Origin: an uncultured Acidimicrobiia bacterium | Lineage (GTDB): Bacteria > Acidobacteriota > Terriglobia > Versatilivoradales > Versatilivoraceae | Assembly (NCBI GenBank): GCA_963786955.1 | Contig: CAWBAT010000004.1 | Coordinates: 224,001 to 288,000 of the forward strand | Length of the DNA stretch: 64,000 nucleotides | Direction of reading: 5' to 3' | Part shown: positions 39,695 through 49,411 of the stretch, piece by piece | How the letters are laid out: each line of letters opens with the position of its first letter | Position numbering within the stretch: the stretch's first letter is position 1 | Notes under the pieces: generated by a model | Told to the model about the DNA's origin: nothing | The model's database searches: none | Seen by the model: only the letters and a program-made list of their open reading frames with translations | Position numbers and translations under genes: made by a program

Positions 39695-40900
39695 CTACCC
39701 TGATAATTTCGAAATCAGCGAGAAGAGTGGCAAGTACATGGATATCACGATGCCACCGACCATAATACCCAGTACCAGGATCATGATCGGCTCAATGGCG
39801 GTGAGCAGATCGGCCACAGCGGCATCAACCTCATCTTCGAAGAACTCAGCGATCTTCGTCAGCATGGTGTCGAGCGCACCGGTCTGCTCTCCCACGCTTA
39901 CCATTTGCGTCACCATCGACGGGAAAACGCCAGTCTCACGAAGCGGTTCCACGATGGTCTTTCCTTGTTCAACGGAAGACCTGGTTTTCATGATCGCTTG
40001 TTCAATAACGGCGTTCCCGGCTGTTTTAGCGGTGATCGTCAAGGCCTCAAGAATCGGCACGCCACTGGTAATTAACGTGGACAAAGTCCTGGAGAAGCGT
40101 GCGACCGCGATTTTCCTGAGAACACTTCCCAGAACAGGAACCTTAAGCATAATGCCGTCCACTACCATCCGGCCATTCGCAGTGGCGTAATATCTTTTAA
40201 ACGCATAGCCTGCTGCCACAAACAGCGGAATCATGAAGATGATGTAGCGGCCGACAAAATTGCTCATGGCAATGACAATGCGAGTGGGGAGTGGCAGTCC
40301 GGCATCCAGACTGGCAAATAAGTTGACGAAAATAGGGACGACTTTCCAGAGAATGAGAACAATCACGCCGACCGCAATGGTCATTACAGCAATGGGATAG
40401 ACCATAGCAGACTGGACTGCACGCTTGAGTTTTACCGACTTCTCAATGTAGGAAGAAAGACGCTGCAGAATCGTGTCGAGAATACCCCCGGCCTCACCAG
40501 CCGCTACCATGTTAGTGAACAGCTCATTAAAAACTTTGGGGTGTTGCGCCAAGGCAAAAGCCAGGGTGGAACCCCCCTCCACGTCGGTTCGAACAGCTTG
40601 GAGAACCTGTTGGAAGACCTTGTTCTCCTGCTGCTGGCTAAGGGCTTCGAGACACTGGACCAAGGGTAATCCGGCATCGATCATCACCGAAAACTGGCGA
40701 GTAAAAATTGCCAGTTCCTTCGTTTTCACTTTTCCGCCGAATTTAGGAAGGGATAGCTCTTTTCCTTTCTCCTTCACCATCATCGGGTTAATCTGCTCCC
40801 GACGCAGTGAGGCGAGCAGGGACTGTTTGTTATCGGCTTCGCGTTCGCCACGCACTTCGACGCCGGCCCTTGATTTTCCTCGATACGCATAGACTGGCAT
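39695..40900 (-). CDS. pilC: Type IV pilus inner-membrane platform protein
   Basis: FTRQFSVMIDAGLPL, AGEAGGILD, VGEQTGALD, MYLPLF. Confidence 0.95.
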   Translation of the reverse strand: MPVYAYRGKSRAGVEVRGEREADNKQSLLASLRREQINPMMVKEKGKELSLPKFGGKVKTKELAIFTRQFSVMIDAGLPLVQCLEALSQQQENKVFQQVLQAVRTDVEGGSTLAFALAQHPKVFNELFTNMVAAGEAGGILDTILQRLSSYIEKSVKLKRAVQSAMVYPIAVMTIAVGVIVLILWKVVPIFVNLFASLDAGLPLPTRIVIAMSNFVGRYIIFMIPLFVAAGYAFKRYYATANGRMVVDGIMLKVPVLGSVLRKIAVARFSRTLSTLITSGVPILEALTITAKTAGNAVIEQAIMKTRSSVEQGKTIVEPLRETGVFPSMVTQMVSVGEQTGALDTMLTKIAEFFEDEVDAAVADLLTAIEPIMILVLGIMVGGIVISMYLPLFSLISKLSG

Positions 40901-40988
40901 GGTGACTCCTCATTCAACAAAACACGCTGTTCGGGTGGGTCGGGCAACTCACCTTCTCAAAATTCCACCTGGCAATAGGGCTCTCGAT

Positions 40989-42113
40989 CTAGCGCATGGT
41001 GCGCCCCAGAGCGGGAGTGGGCATGCGACCCGGGGCAAGAGGCCCCCGGTTGATCATGTCCTGTAATTCGTCCGCATTACTCGACCGGCCCAGTGCAGTT
41101 TGTAGAGTAATCTGTTTGGTGAAATAAAGATTAGCCAGCGACTGATTAAATGTTTGCATCCCATACTTTTCCTGCCCCGTCTGCATCGCTGAATAGATCT
41201 GATGCACTTTATCTTCGCGGATTAGGTTGCGGATCGCCGCATTGGGTATCATGATTTCCATAGCCATCGCACGCCCTGCCCCGGAAGCCTTCGGCAGCAG
41301 CGCTTGGCAGAGAATCCCTTCGAGCACCAAGGAGAGTTGGGCCCTAATTTGCGACTGCTGATGCGCTGGGAAGACATCAATGACTCGGTTGATCGTGGAT
41401 GCTGCTGAATTGGTATGCAATGTTCCAAACGTCAAGTGTCCTGTCTCCGCGATGCGCAGAGCCGATTCAACGGTTTCGAGATCACGCATTTCACCGATCA
41501 ACACCACATCCGGGTCCTGCCGGAGAGCAGCCCGCAGAGCGTTAGCAAAACCATGGGTATCGGCGTGAACCTCGCGTTGATTCACCAGGCAGCTTTTGTG
41601 TCCGTGGAGATACTCGATCGGGTCTTCGATCGTGATGATGTGTTCGTGCCGGTCCGCATTAACTTTGTCCAGCATGGAAGCCAGTGTCGTCGATTTACCA
41701 CTTCCCGTTGGCCCCGTCACCAGCACCAAGCCTCTTGGCTTCTCACACAAAGTCTTAACCACGGCTGGAAGGTTGAGGGCCTCAAATGTTTTGATTTCAT
41801 ACGGAATGGATCGGAAAACCGCGCCCACCGCTCCGCGTTGATTAAAGACATTGGCCCGAAACCGAGACAGGCCCTTAATCCCAAATGAAAAATCAATCTC
41901 TAATTGTTCTTCGAAACGATGCTTCTGCGCGTCGGTCAGCACACTGTAGGCCAGCTGTTTCGTGTCGGTAGCTGTCAAGAGAGGGTACTCGGTGAGCGGC
42001 CTAAGATGGCCGTCCACACGAACTTGCGGGGGAGTATTGGTCGTAATATGCAAATCTGACCCTCCCAACTCCGTCATTTTTTTTAGAAGCTCACTGAGAG
42101 AAACAAGCGCCAT
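40989..42113 (-). CDS. pilT: Type IV pilus retraction ATPase
   Basis: GPTGSGKSTT, LRQDPD, GTLHTNS, AIRNLIRE, GMQT. Confidence 0.96.
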   Translation of the reverse strand: MALVSLSELLKKMTELGGSDLHITTNTPPQVRVDGHLRPLTEYPLLTATDTKQLAYSVLTDAQKHRFEEQLEIDFSFGIKGLSRFRANVFNQRGAVGAVFRSIPYEIKTFEALNLPAVVKTLCEKPRGLVLVTGPTGSGKSTTLASMLDKVNADRHEHIITIEDPIEYLHGHKSCLVNQREVHADTHGFANALRAALRQDPDVVLIGEMRDLETVESALRIAETGHLTFGTLHTNSAASTINRVIDVFPAHQQSQIRAQLSLVLEGILCQALLPKASGAGRAMAMEIMIPNAAIRNLIREDKVHQIYSAMQTGQEKYGMQTFNQSLANLYFTKQITLQTALGRSSNADELQDMINRGPLAPGRMPTPALGRTMR

Positions 42114-42174
42114 CGTGTACCTTCCTTCTCCTTCAGCCCTTCAGAGTGAGGGTGAACTGATTATTGTGGGAGGG

Positions 42175-43911
42175 TTATTTCACCGTCTCTCGCAAAACTT
42201 CTTCCATGGTGGTGACTCCATCACGGAGTTTCTGCAAACCACTTCCGCGAAGCGTAATCATTCCATTCTCGACGGCTTTTTTCTTGAGCTCGATCCCTGA
42301 GGCTCCAATGAGGATCAATTCGCGGAGATCATCATTGATTTCCATCACCTCATAGAGACCGACCCGCCCTTTATACCCAGTTCCATTGCACGTCTGGCAT
42401 CCCTTCCCCCGATAGGTGATGAGTTTCTTGGCTTCGGCCGGGGAGAAACCAGCCTCGACCAGTGCCTGGGGAGGGGTGGCCATTTCCTCCTTGCAATCTT
42501 TACAAACACGCCGAATCAATCGCTGGGCACAGATCAGATGCACGGAGGTAGCCACCAAAAACGGTTCAATTCCCATGTTCATCAGGCGACTAATCGTCGA
42601 TGGAGCATCATTGGTGTGTAAGGTACTCAGCACAAGATGCCCGGTCAATGCCGCTTTGACGGCAATCTCTGCCGTCTCAAAGTCACGGATCTCTCCAACC
42701 AGAATGATATTGGGATCTTGTCGCAGGAAGGAGCGTAATGCCGCTGCAAAGTTCAGACCAATCTGCTCTTTCATCTGTACCTGGTTGATCCCGGCCAAGT
42801 TGAATTCCACCGGATCCTCAGCAGTCATGATGTTGGTATCTATTTTGTTGAGACGCGCGATGGATGAATAGAGCGTATTGGTTTTTCCGCTGCCCGTTGG
42901 ACCGGTGACCAGCACCATGCCATAAGGTTTGAGGATCGCCGCTTCGAATCGCTTCAACGGATCCGATTCGAAACCCAGACGCGTCATGTCCAACATGAGG
43001 TTGTCTTTGTCCAAAAGGCGTAGGACGACTTTTTCTCCATAAAGGGTCGGAAGAACGGAGACGCGGAAATCAAGGTCTTTGGCTTTCCCCTCGTTCTTCA
43101 TCTTGATTTTGATTCGGCCGTCCTGCGGAAGCCGCTTCTCCGAAATGTCCAACTTCGCCATGATCTTGAGACGCGAAGTGATCGCATCCTTGAGTTTCAG
43201 CGGAGGGTTCATCACGGCATTCAGAACTCCGTCAATTCGGAAGCGAACTCGAAATTCTTTTTCATAGGGTTCGAGATGGATGTCACTGGCGCCGCGCTTG
43301 ACTGCATTCGAGAGAATCAGATTGACCAATTTGACGATGGGCGCTTCCTCGGCCGCCTGCTCCAACCCTTCCAGGTCGATGGCCTCTTCTTCCGATGCCA
43401 CTTCCAAAGACGTGTCTTCCCCATCGACCATTTTCGGGTCGACGATCGCGATGTCTTCCATCACTTTCTTTAGTTCGATGGAATGAGTAGTCCCATAATA
43501 TTTATCAATCGATTCCCGTATCGCCGTTTCTGAGGCCACCACAGGTTCAATATTGAACCCTGTCATGAACTTGATGTCGTCCATGGCAAAGACGTTGGTG
43601 GGATCGATCATGGCAATCGTCAGCGTCGAACCCACCCGACTCAGCGGCATGATCTGATACTTTTGAGCCGTTTCCACCGGGATCAGCTTGACCACTCCCG
43701 GATCGACATCGAAAAAGGATAAATTGATGGAAGGAACACCATACTGACGTGACAAAATTGCTGTAATTTCGTCATCGGTCACAAATCCGAGCTTAATCAG
43801 GCAATGCCCAAGTCGACCTCCATGGACACGCTGGTACTCCAGCGATTCCTTAAGCTGTTGCTGGGTAATTAGGTTTTCCTTGACCAGCAAATCCCCGATT
43901 TTTGAGGACAT
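42175..43911 (-). CDS. pilB: Type IV pilus assembly ATPase
   Basis: N-terminal KIGDLLV/RLG (MshEN-like), ASDIH, GPTGSGKT, LRQDP, Zn motif CKDC...CQTC. Confidence 0.96.
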   Translation of the reverse strand: MSSKIGDLLVKENLITQQQLKESLEYQRVHGGRLGHCLIKLGFVTDDEITAILSRQYGVPSINLSFFDVDPGVVKLIPVETAQKYQIMPLSRVGSTLTIAMIDPTNVFAMDDIKFMTGFNIEPVVASETAIRESIDKYYGTTHSIELKKVMEDIAIVDPKMVDGEDTSLEVASEEEAIDLEGLEQAAEEAPIVKLVNLILSNAVKRGASDIHLEPYEKEFRVRFRIDGVLNAVMNPPLKLKDAITSRLKIMAKLDISEKRLPQDGRIKIKMKNEGKAKDLDFRVSVLPTLYGEKVVLRLLDKDNLMLDMTRLGFESDPLKRFEAAILKPYGMVLVTGPTGSGKTNTLYSSIARLNKIDTNIMTAEDPVEFNLAGINQVQMKEQIGLNFAAALRSFLRQDPNIILVGEIRDFETAEIAVKAALTGHLVLSTLHTNDAPSTISRLMNMGIEPFLVATSVHLICAQRLIRRVCKDCKEEMATPPQALVEAGFSPAEAKKLITYRGKGCQTCNGTGYKGRVGLYEVMEINDDLRELILIGASGIELKKKAVENGMITLRGSGLQKLRDGVTTMEEVLRETVK

Positions 43912-43995
43912 TCGTTATCTCCATGACCAATTCTCGGCAAATCGCCGGATTTCCTTATTGAATTTTGGGGATGGTTGACAAAAATTGTTAGGAAT

Positions 43996-44024
43996 ATGCT
44001 ATTTGATGCATTTATTAATGTCAA
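43996..44024 (-). promoter_or_regulatory. sigma70-type promoter for the pilB operon
   Basis: Minus strand TTGACA-N17-TAGCAT. Confidence 0.65.
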
Positions 44025-44192
44025 GAAATCGGCGCACCACCGTTCCTTCCGGTTGAATGCTATATCGGACAATAAGATGCAATGCCTTAGAGGAGTCTGA
44101 ATCTTTATGATTTAAGGGGTGATTTCGCGGGAGGGTTTCTATACAATTAAAGACTTAGAATGGTGTCCTAAGCACGTTCAGATATTTGGCCT

Positions 44193-46487
44193 ATGCAGTC
44201 TGAGCAGCCCAAAAGACAGAAAACCGTCATCATCCTTTCCGCCGCTGTTCTTCTCCTCTTAATTTTTGCCGTCCTACAGCAGGCTATCAACCTCACGCCT
44301 TACTTTGACGTGCCCGACCATCAGACTGCCCTGCTCCTCTGGGCATTGATGTCCCTGAATGTTGTCTTGCTGACGGTCTGCATCCTCATCCTTTTGCGCC
44401 ATTTGCTTAAGTTGTATTACGAGCGCAAGAGTCAGCAACTGGGTTCGAAATTCCGGACCAAACTGGTGTTTGCATTCCTGGGGCTTTCTTTTATCCCGGT
44501 TCTTTTCATGTCCTTTTTTGCCTATTTCCTGTTAAACCGGAACCTTGACAAATGGTTCAGTACCCCGATTGATCAGGTTGTGAATAATGTGGATCTGATC
44601 GTGCGTGAGATGAACCAGGATGCCAGCAATTATTCTGCCCGTATCGCGACATTCCTTGCCAATCACAGTGTTGTCCACCGCTTGATTGCTAATCCTAACG
44701 CGGAGAGTCTTCGCGACTTCGACGATCTCACCTCCAAGCTAGGGATCTCTGTCCTGCTGACTTTTGACAAATCAGGGAATCCTATTTTCTTATACCAGGG
44801 CAATTCTATTCTGGATCCACAAACTTGGGAGTTCAAGAGGTGGCTCGAGCGACTGAGGGCGGTTGGATGGGTCCAATCGAATGGGCATCTGACAGACTCC
44901 TTCTTCCGGGCACCCGTCAACCCTAGCGGTTCTAAATCCCCGATCATTTCGACGTTGGATGATGATGGAAAGGAAATCTTTTTAGCGGGTTCAGAAATCC
45001 CCCTGAACCAATCAGCCGCATCGGGCGGCTTGATTGTTGGATTCAAAATCAAGGGGACTCTGTTAAGTTTGGCAGGACAGATTGCACAGTCGAGCACAGA
45101 ATACCGGAACCGCTCGAAAGAGCGAAAACTGGTCCGGTATAATTTCATGCTTTGGCTGGGTCTGATCACCCTCCTGGTCCTTTTTGCCGCAGTTTGGATT
45201 GGGCTCTACTTATCGAAGAAAATTGCGATACCGATTCGAGCATTGGCAGAAGCGGCAAAAGAGATTTCCACCGGCAATTTACTTTTCCGCGTGAATTGTC
45301 CCGCCGAGGATGAGCTGGGCATTTTGGTGAACTCTTTCAATCAGATGACGGCGCAGCTACATGAAGGCTCCCAAAAATTAGAACAATCTTACCAGGACCT
45401 CGAAGCGATCAACCGTGCATTGGTGGAAAAGCGGCGCTATACCGAAGCCGTCCTTGAAAACATCCCGACCGGAGTGATCTCTATTTCACCCGAATTTCGA
45501 ATCAGTAAGATGAATAAGGCCGCGTTAACGATGTTAGGGTGCAACCAGACCGTCGTGTCCAGTCTGGTTCAAGATATTTTTCAAGGAAAAGACTATTCCG
45601 AAATCCTTTCTCTTCTGGAAAAAGCTGGCCGGGTTGGCCTAGCGGCCCGCGATCTGCGCATCCACCGGCCCGGTCGCAATCTCTATTGTGCCGTCACCAT
45701 CAGTTCGCTACTCGAGGATGATGAACTCTCCCAGGGTTATGTCATGGTGTTGGAAGATTTGACCGAAGTATTGAAAGGACAGAAAGCCAACGCTTGGCGG
45801 GAAGTCGCGCGACGGATGGCTCATGAAATCAAGAATCCTTTGACTCCCATTCAATTGTCAGCCGATCGGCTGCTGAAGAATTACGCAAAGTCTAAGACTG
45901 ATTTGCTCTTTCCTCGAAGGGGTTCGAACGGATTTGATCTCGTGTTGCAGGAGTGCGTCCAGACGATCACGCAGGAAGTTTCGACATTGAAATCGATGGT
46001 GGACGAGTTTTCCCGATTTGCCCGCCTGCCGAATACGAATATGGTGTCTGCGAATCTGAATCAGTTGATCGAAAATGCGCTTTCCTCTTACAATGGCCGT
46101 TTTGAAGGCATCCGCCTAATTAAAGAATTAGGGCCGGATTTACCTGATATTCCTGTGGATCCAGAGCAATTGAGGCGCGTCTTTGTAAACCTATTCGACA
46201 ATGCAATCGAAGCGATGGAGGATGCGCCGCAGAAGGAGCTCACGGTCCTAAGCTGTTTCTCAAGTAAGAATGAAACCATTCAGATCATCATTCGAGATTC
46301 GGGCCACGGAATTACCCCTGCCGACAAAGACAAACTTTTCCTCCCCTATTTTTCAACGCGGAAGCGAGGAACTGGCCTGGGATTAGCCATCGTGAGCCGA
46401 ATCATTGCGGACCACAAAGGCTATATTCATGTTGAAGATAATTACCCAAGAGGAGCCAGTTTTGTTCTGGAGCTCCCCACCCGATGA
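44193..46487 (+). CDS. ntrY: NtrY-like HAMP/PAS sensor histidine kinase
   Basis: GSKFRTKLV, DKWF, HAMP (DELGILVNSFNQM), PAS, WREVARRMAHEIKNPLTPIQLSA. Confidence 0.85.
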   Translation: MQSEQPKRQKTVIILSAAVLLLLIFAVLQQAINLTPYFDVPDHQTALLLWALMSLNVVLLTVCILILLRHLLKLYYERKSQQLGSKFRTKLVFAFLGLSFIPVLFMSFFAYFLLNRNLDKWFSTPIDQVVNNVDLIVREMNQDASNYSARIATFLANHSVVHRLIANPNAESLRDFDDLTSKLGISVLLTFDKSGNPIFLYQGNSILDPQTWEFKRWLERLRAVGWVQSNGHLTDSFFRAPVNPSGSKSPIISTLDDDGKEIFLAGSEIPLNQSAASGGLIVGFKIKGTLLSLAGQIAQSSTEYRNRSKERKLVRYNFMLWLGLITLLVLFAAVWIGLYLSKKIAIPIRALAEAAKEISTGNLLFRVNCPAEDELGILVNSFNQMTAQLHEGSQKLEQSYQDLEAINRALVEKRRYTEAVLENIPTGVISISPEFRISKMNKAALTMLGCNQTVVSSLVQDIFQGKDYSEILSLLEKAGRVGLAARDLRIHRPGRNLYCAVTISSLLEDDELSQGYVMVLEDLTEVLKGQKANAWREVARRMAHEIKNPLTPIQLSADRLLKNYAKSKTDLLFPRRGSNGFDLVLQECVQTITQEVSTLKSMVDEFSRFARLPNTNMVSANLNQLIENALSSYNGRFEGIRLIKELGPDLPDIPVDPEQLRRVFVNLFDNAIEAMEDAPQKELTVLSCFSSKNETIQIIIRDSGHGITPADKDKLFLPYFSTRKRGTGLGLAIVSRIIADHKGYIHVEDNYPRGASFVLELPTR

Positions 46488-46532
46488 ACTCAACGAAAGT
46501 ACAAGACAGATAATTTCATGAGGGCTTGACAC

Positions 46533-47894
46533 GTGGCACGCAACACCATTCTCATTGTTGACGACGAAATCGGCATCCGGAAATCCTTGAGCGCGGTGCT
46601 TAAGGAGGAGGGCTACAAGGTTGAAGCGGTTGAGAGTGGAGAGGCCTGTGTCTCTCTGTTGGAGAATAAGTCGTTTGAATTGATTTTGCTCGATGTTTGG
46701 CTCCCCTTGATGGATGGCCTGGAAACCCTCGCGGTTCTGAATAAAATGAGCTGCGCCGCTGCTGTCGTGATGATTTCAGGGCACGGGACAATTGAAACGG
46801 CCGTCAAAGCCACCCGGCTTGGGGCCTTCGATTTCATCGAGAAACCCTTGTCGATCGAAAAGACATTATTGGTCATCAAGAACGCGCTGGACCATAAACA
46901 CCTCCTCGAAGAGAACAAGACGCTCAAAACGGAATTGGGGAACCGATATCGAATTGTCGGGAACAGTGTCTCGATGAAAGCCCTGCGCCAACAACTTCAG
47001 ATCGCTGCCCCAACCAATGGGCGTGTTTTAGTTTACGGAGAGAGTGGGACTGGGAAGGAATTAGTCGCTCACGCCCTGCATCATCAAGGTCTACGAAATG
47101 CCGCGCCTTTCATTGAAGTCAATTGCGCAGCCATCCCGGACGAACTCATCGAAAGCGAATTATTCGGCCACATCAAAGGAGCCTTCACCGGAGCAACACA
47201 GCATAAAATCGGAAAGTTTGAAAAGGCCGACGGCGGAACGCTCTTTCTGGATGAAGTCGGTGATATGAGTTTAAAGACTCAAGCCAAGGTTCTCCGCGCT
47301 CTGGAGGAGCAACGATTCGAACCTGTGGGATCCTCTGCCCCGGTCTCCGTCGATGTGCGCATCATCGCCGCCACAAACAAGAATTTGGATGAAGAAATGG
47401 AAAAAGGCAATTTTCGCCAGGATCTCTTCTATCGGCTGAACGTCATTCCTTTCTACGTTCCTCCCCTGCGCGAGCGAGTTGAAGACATTCCGGTCTTGAC
47501 GGAATATTTTATTGCGGAATATTCAAACCTCTATGGGCGCAAACCCAAACAAATATCGAGTGAGGCGATGGAATTTTTGAAGTCGTATTTTTGGCCAGGA
47601 AACGTGCGTGAGCTCAAGAATCTGGTGGAACGGATGGTGATCATGACTCACGGAAACCGTCTGGAAACCCGTCACTTGCCCTCGGTATTATTGAAAGGGC
47701 CTTCCGTGGCGGAGGACCCGTCAGATGCGAAGAGCCTGTCTGAAGCCCGACAAGCATTCGATCGGGAATACATCCTGAAGAAGCTGGAAGAGAATCAGGG
47801 GAACGTGACCCATACCGCAGATGCCCTGGGCATCGAACGAAGTCACCTTTACCGAAAACTGAAACTCTTGAAAGTCAATCCGGAGCGCAATTGA
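46533..47894 (+). CDS. ntrX: NtrX-like sigma54-interacting response regulator
   Basis: [35 protein letters not shown]. Confidence 0.85.
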   Translation: MARNTILIVDDEIGIRKSLSAVLKEEGYKVEAVESGEACVSLLENKSFELILLDVWLPLMDGLETLAVLNKMSCAAAVVMISGHGTIETAVKATRLGAFDFIEKPLSIEKTLLVIKNALDHKHLLEENKTLKTELGNRYRIVGNSVSMKALRQQLQIAAPTNGRVLVYGESGTGKELVAHALHHQGLRNAAPFIEVNCAAIPDELIESELFGHIKGAFTGATQHKIGKFEKADGGTLFLDEVGDMSLKTQAKVLRALEEQRFEPVGSSAPVSVDVRIIAATNKNLDEEMEKGNFRQDLFYRLNVIPFYVPPLRERVEDIPVLTEYFIAEYSNLYGRKPKQISSEAMEFLKSYFWPGNVRELKNLVERMVIMTHGNRLETRHLPSVLLKGPSVAEDPSDAKSLSEARQAFDREYILKKLEENQGNVTHTADALGIERSHLYRKLKLLKVNPERN

Positions 47895-48016
47895 AGGCGG
47901 GCATCGAGTGAAACAAAGCCTGTAAGACAATCTCGCGCTTCCCAGGTATTGAACTTGCGTGGGTGGCGCCACCCTGCGAAGGCATGGGCAGGAAACTTCT
48001 TCGCCGCGCCCGACGA

Positions 48017-49405
48017 TCAACGCGAGGGAGTTGAGAATGCAAATTGAGTCATTCTCTGCTCTTTCTGAATCTTTCTCAGAAGACGGTCCCGCCGGCACAT
48101 CCAACGAACTCGAGAGGTTTCTCGGCCGACCTGCGGAATGGCTTGTTCTGTCAATTCCAGAGCTTTGGCTAGGTTCTTCTCACGATGTTCATAGTGAACG
48201 GAAAGACTTTCGTAGGCCTCTTCATGAAATGAGGCAGATTCTTCGATCAGGCTGTTCCACAATTCAACGGCTTGTGAAAAAAGCCTTCGGGATCGGTACG
48301 ACGTGGCAAGGGTTTTCATCGCGGCTAATCGCAGATCCCTCTGAAGCGGGAAGCTCAACGCAGCTTGATTCCAGTCCATGGCCGCTTCGCGCTCTCCCAA
48401 CTGGTTAAAGTAGCTTCCAACACTGAAAAGTTCTTCAGGGAAGAGGGCGGTCTTTTCCTTTCCATGTAGAATTTCGCTCACCTTCAATGTCAGCCGGGCC
48501 AGGGTCACGATATCGCTGAAATTATGTTTGAGAATCTTGCGAATGCCTGCAGGATTGCCTGAACGCGTGTAATTGAAATAGATTTGAGGGATGAGATTTC
48601 CGGCAACATCTTCAGGTCGCTCATCCCCGAGAATTTCTTTTTCAAGATTTCCCAAACGACAATCCCCCAAGCGGAGTTTCCAGATTCTTCGGGCCGGGAA
48701 AAGCAAGTCCACATGGAACACTGAATCGAGCGGCCAGGTCCTCCGGGTCAAGGTAAATCGGGATTTCAGCAAGGGAATATCAAATGATTTGCCATTGAAG
48801 GTAATCAACACGCGAGCCGACTTCAAACGTTCCTCAAGAGCTTGCAACAGAGCAGGCTCTTCATGAAAATCACGCATGAAAAACTGCTCGACAATGAACG
48901 CGGACCCATCCCAAGAGCCGATTCCAACCAGGAAGGCATAGGTTCCGGTCCCGCCGGAAAGCCCCGTGGTCTCCGTGTCTAGAAAAACAACCTGCCCTAA
49001 TTCTGAGACCGTCTGCCCCCCTTGGAGCCATGAGACTAGCCCTGAAATTTTGGAAATCAAGTTTCGGCTACTGACCTTCAGATCGGGACAGGATTGGGCA
49101 CATTGCTCCAACCGATAAATGTACGATCCCAATTCGTTCGAAAGACTCCGCCCACCGAGAATACTTGCACTCCGCTCCCGATCCGGGAGCAACTCATCCA
49201 CAGGCCTCGTCGTTTCCGGCTGTTTCTTACGCCGCTTGGCGAGCGCCTTTCGCAGAATTTCCTGGGGATCCCTTGGAGCCTGGCTCGAGACCCCTTCCGG
49301 TTCTGTCCCCATCAACGGCTGCAACCGATCGACAGAGGGGTTTAATCGTGTCTCGTTCTTCTTCTTTAGATTTTCTTCTTGACGCAGTTTTTCCAGGAAC
49401 TTCAT
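48017..49405 (-). CDS. RNase H-like/DEDD exonuclease with C-terminal TPR (YprB/MrfB-like)
   Basis: FLDTETTGLSGGTGT, TFNGKSFDIP, HVDLL, HNFSDI, YEH; directly downstream of the helicase. Confidence 0.85.
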   Translation of the reverse strand: MKFLEKLRQEENLKKKNETRLNPSVDRLQPLMGTEPEGVSSQAPRDPQEILRKALAKRRKKQPETTRPVDELLPDRERSASILGGRSLSNELGSYIYRLEQCAQSCPDLKVSSRNLISKISGLVSWLQGGQTVSELGQVVFLDTETTGLSGGTGTYAFLVGIGSWDGSAFIVEQFFMRDFHEEPALLQALEERLKSARVLITFNGKSFDIPLLKSRFTLTRRTWPLDSVFHVDLLFPARRIWKLRLGDCRLGNLEKEILGDERPEDVAGNLIPQIYFNYTRSGNPAGIRKILKHNFSDIVTLARLTLKVSEILHGKEKTALFPEELFSVGSYFNQLGEREAAMDWNQAALSFPLQRDLRLAAMKTLATSYRSRRLFSQAVELWNSLIEESASFHEEAYESLSVHYEHREKNLAKALELTEQAIPQVGRETSRVRWMCRRDRLLRKIQKEQRMTQFAFSTPSR

Positions 49406-49411
49406 AGAGAA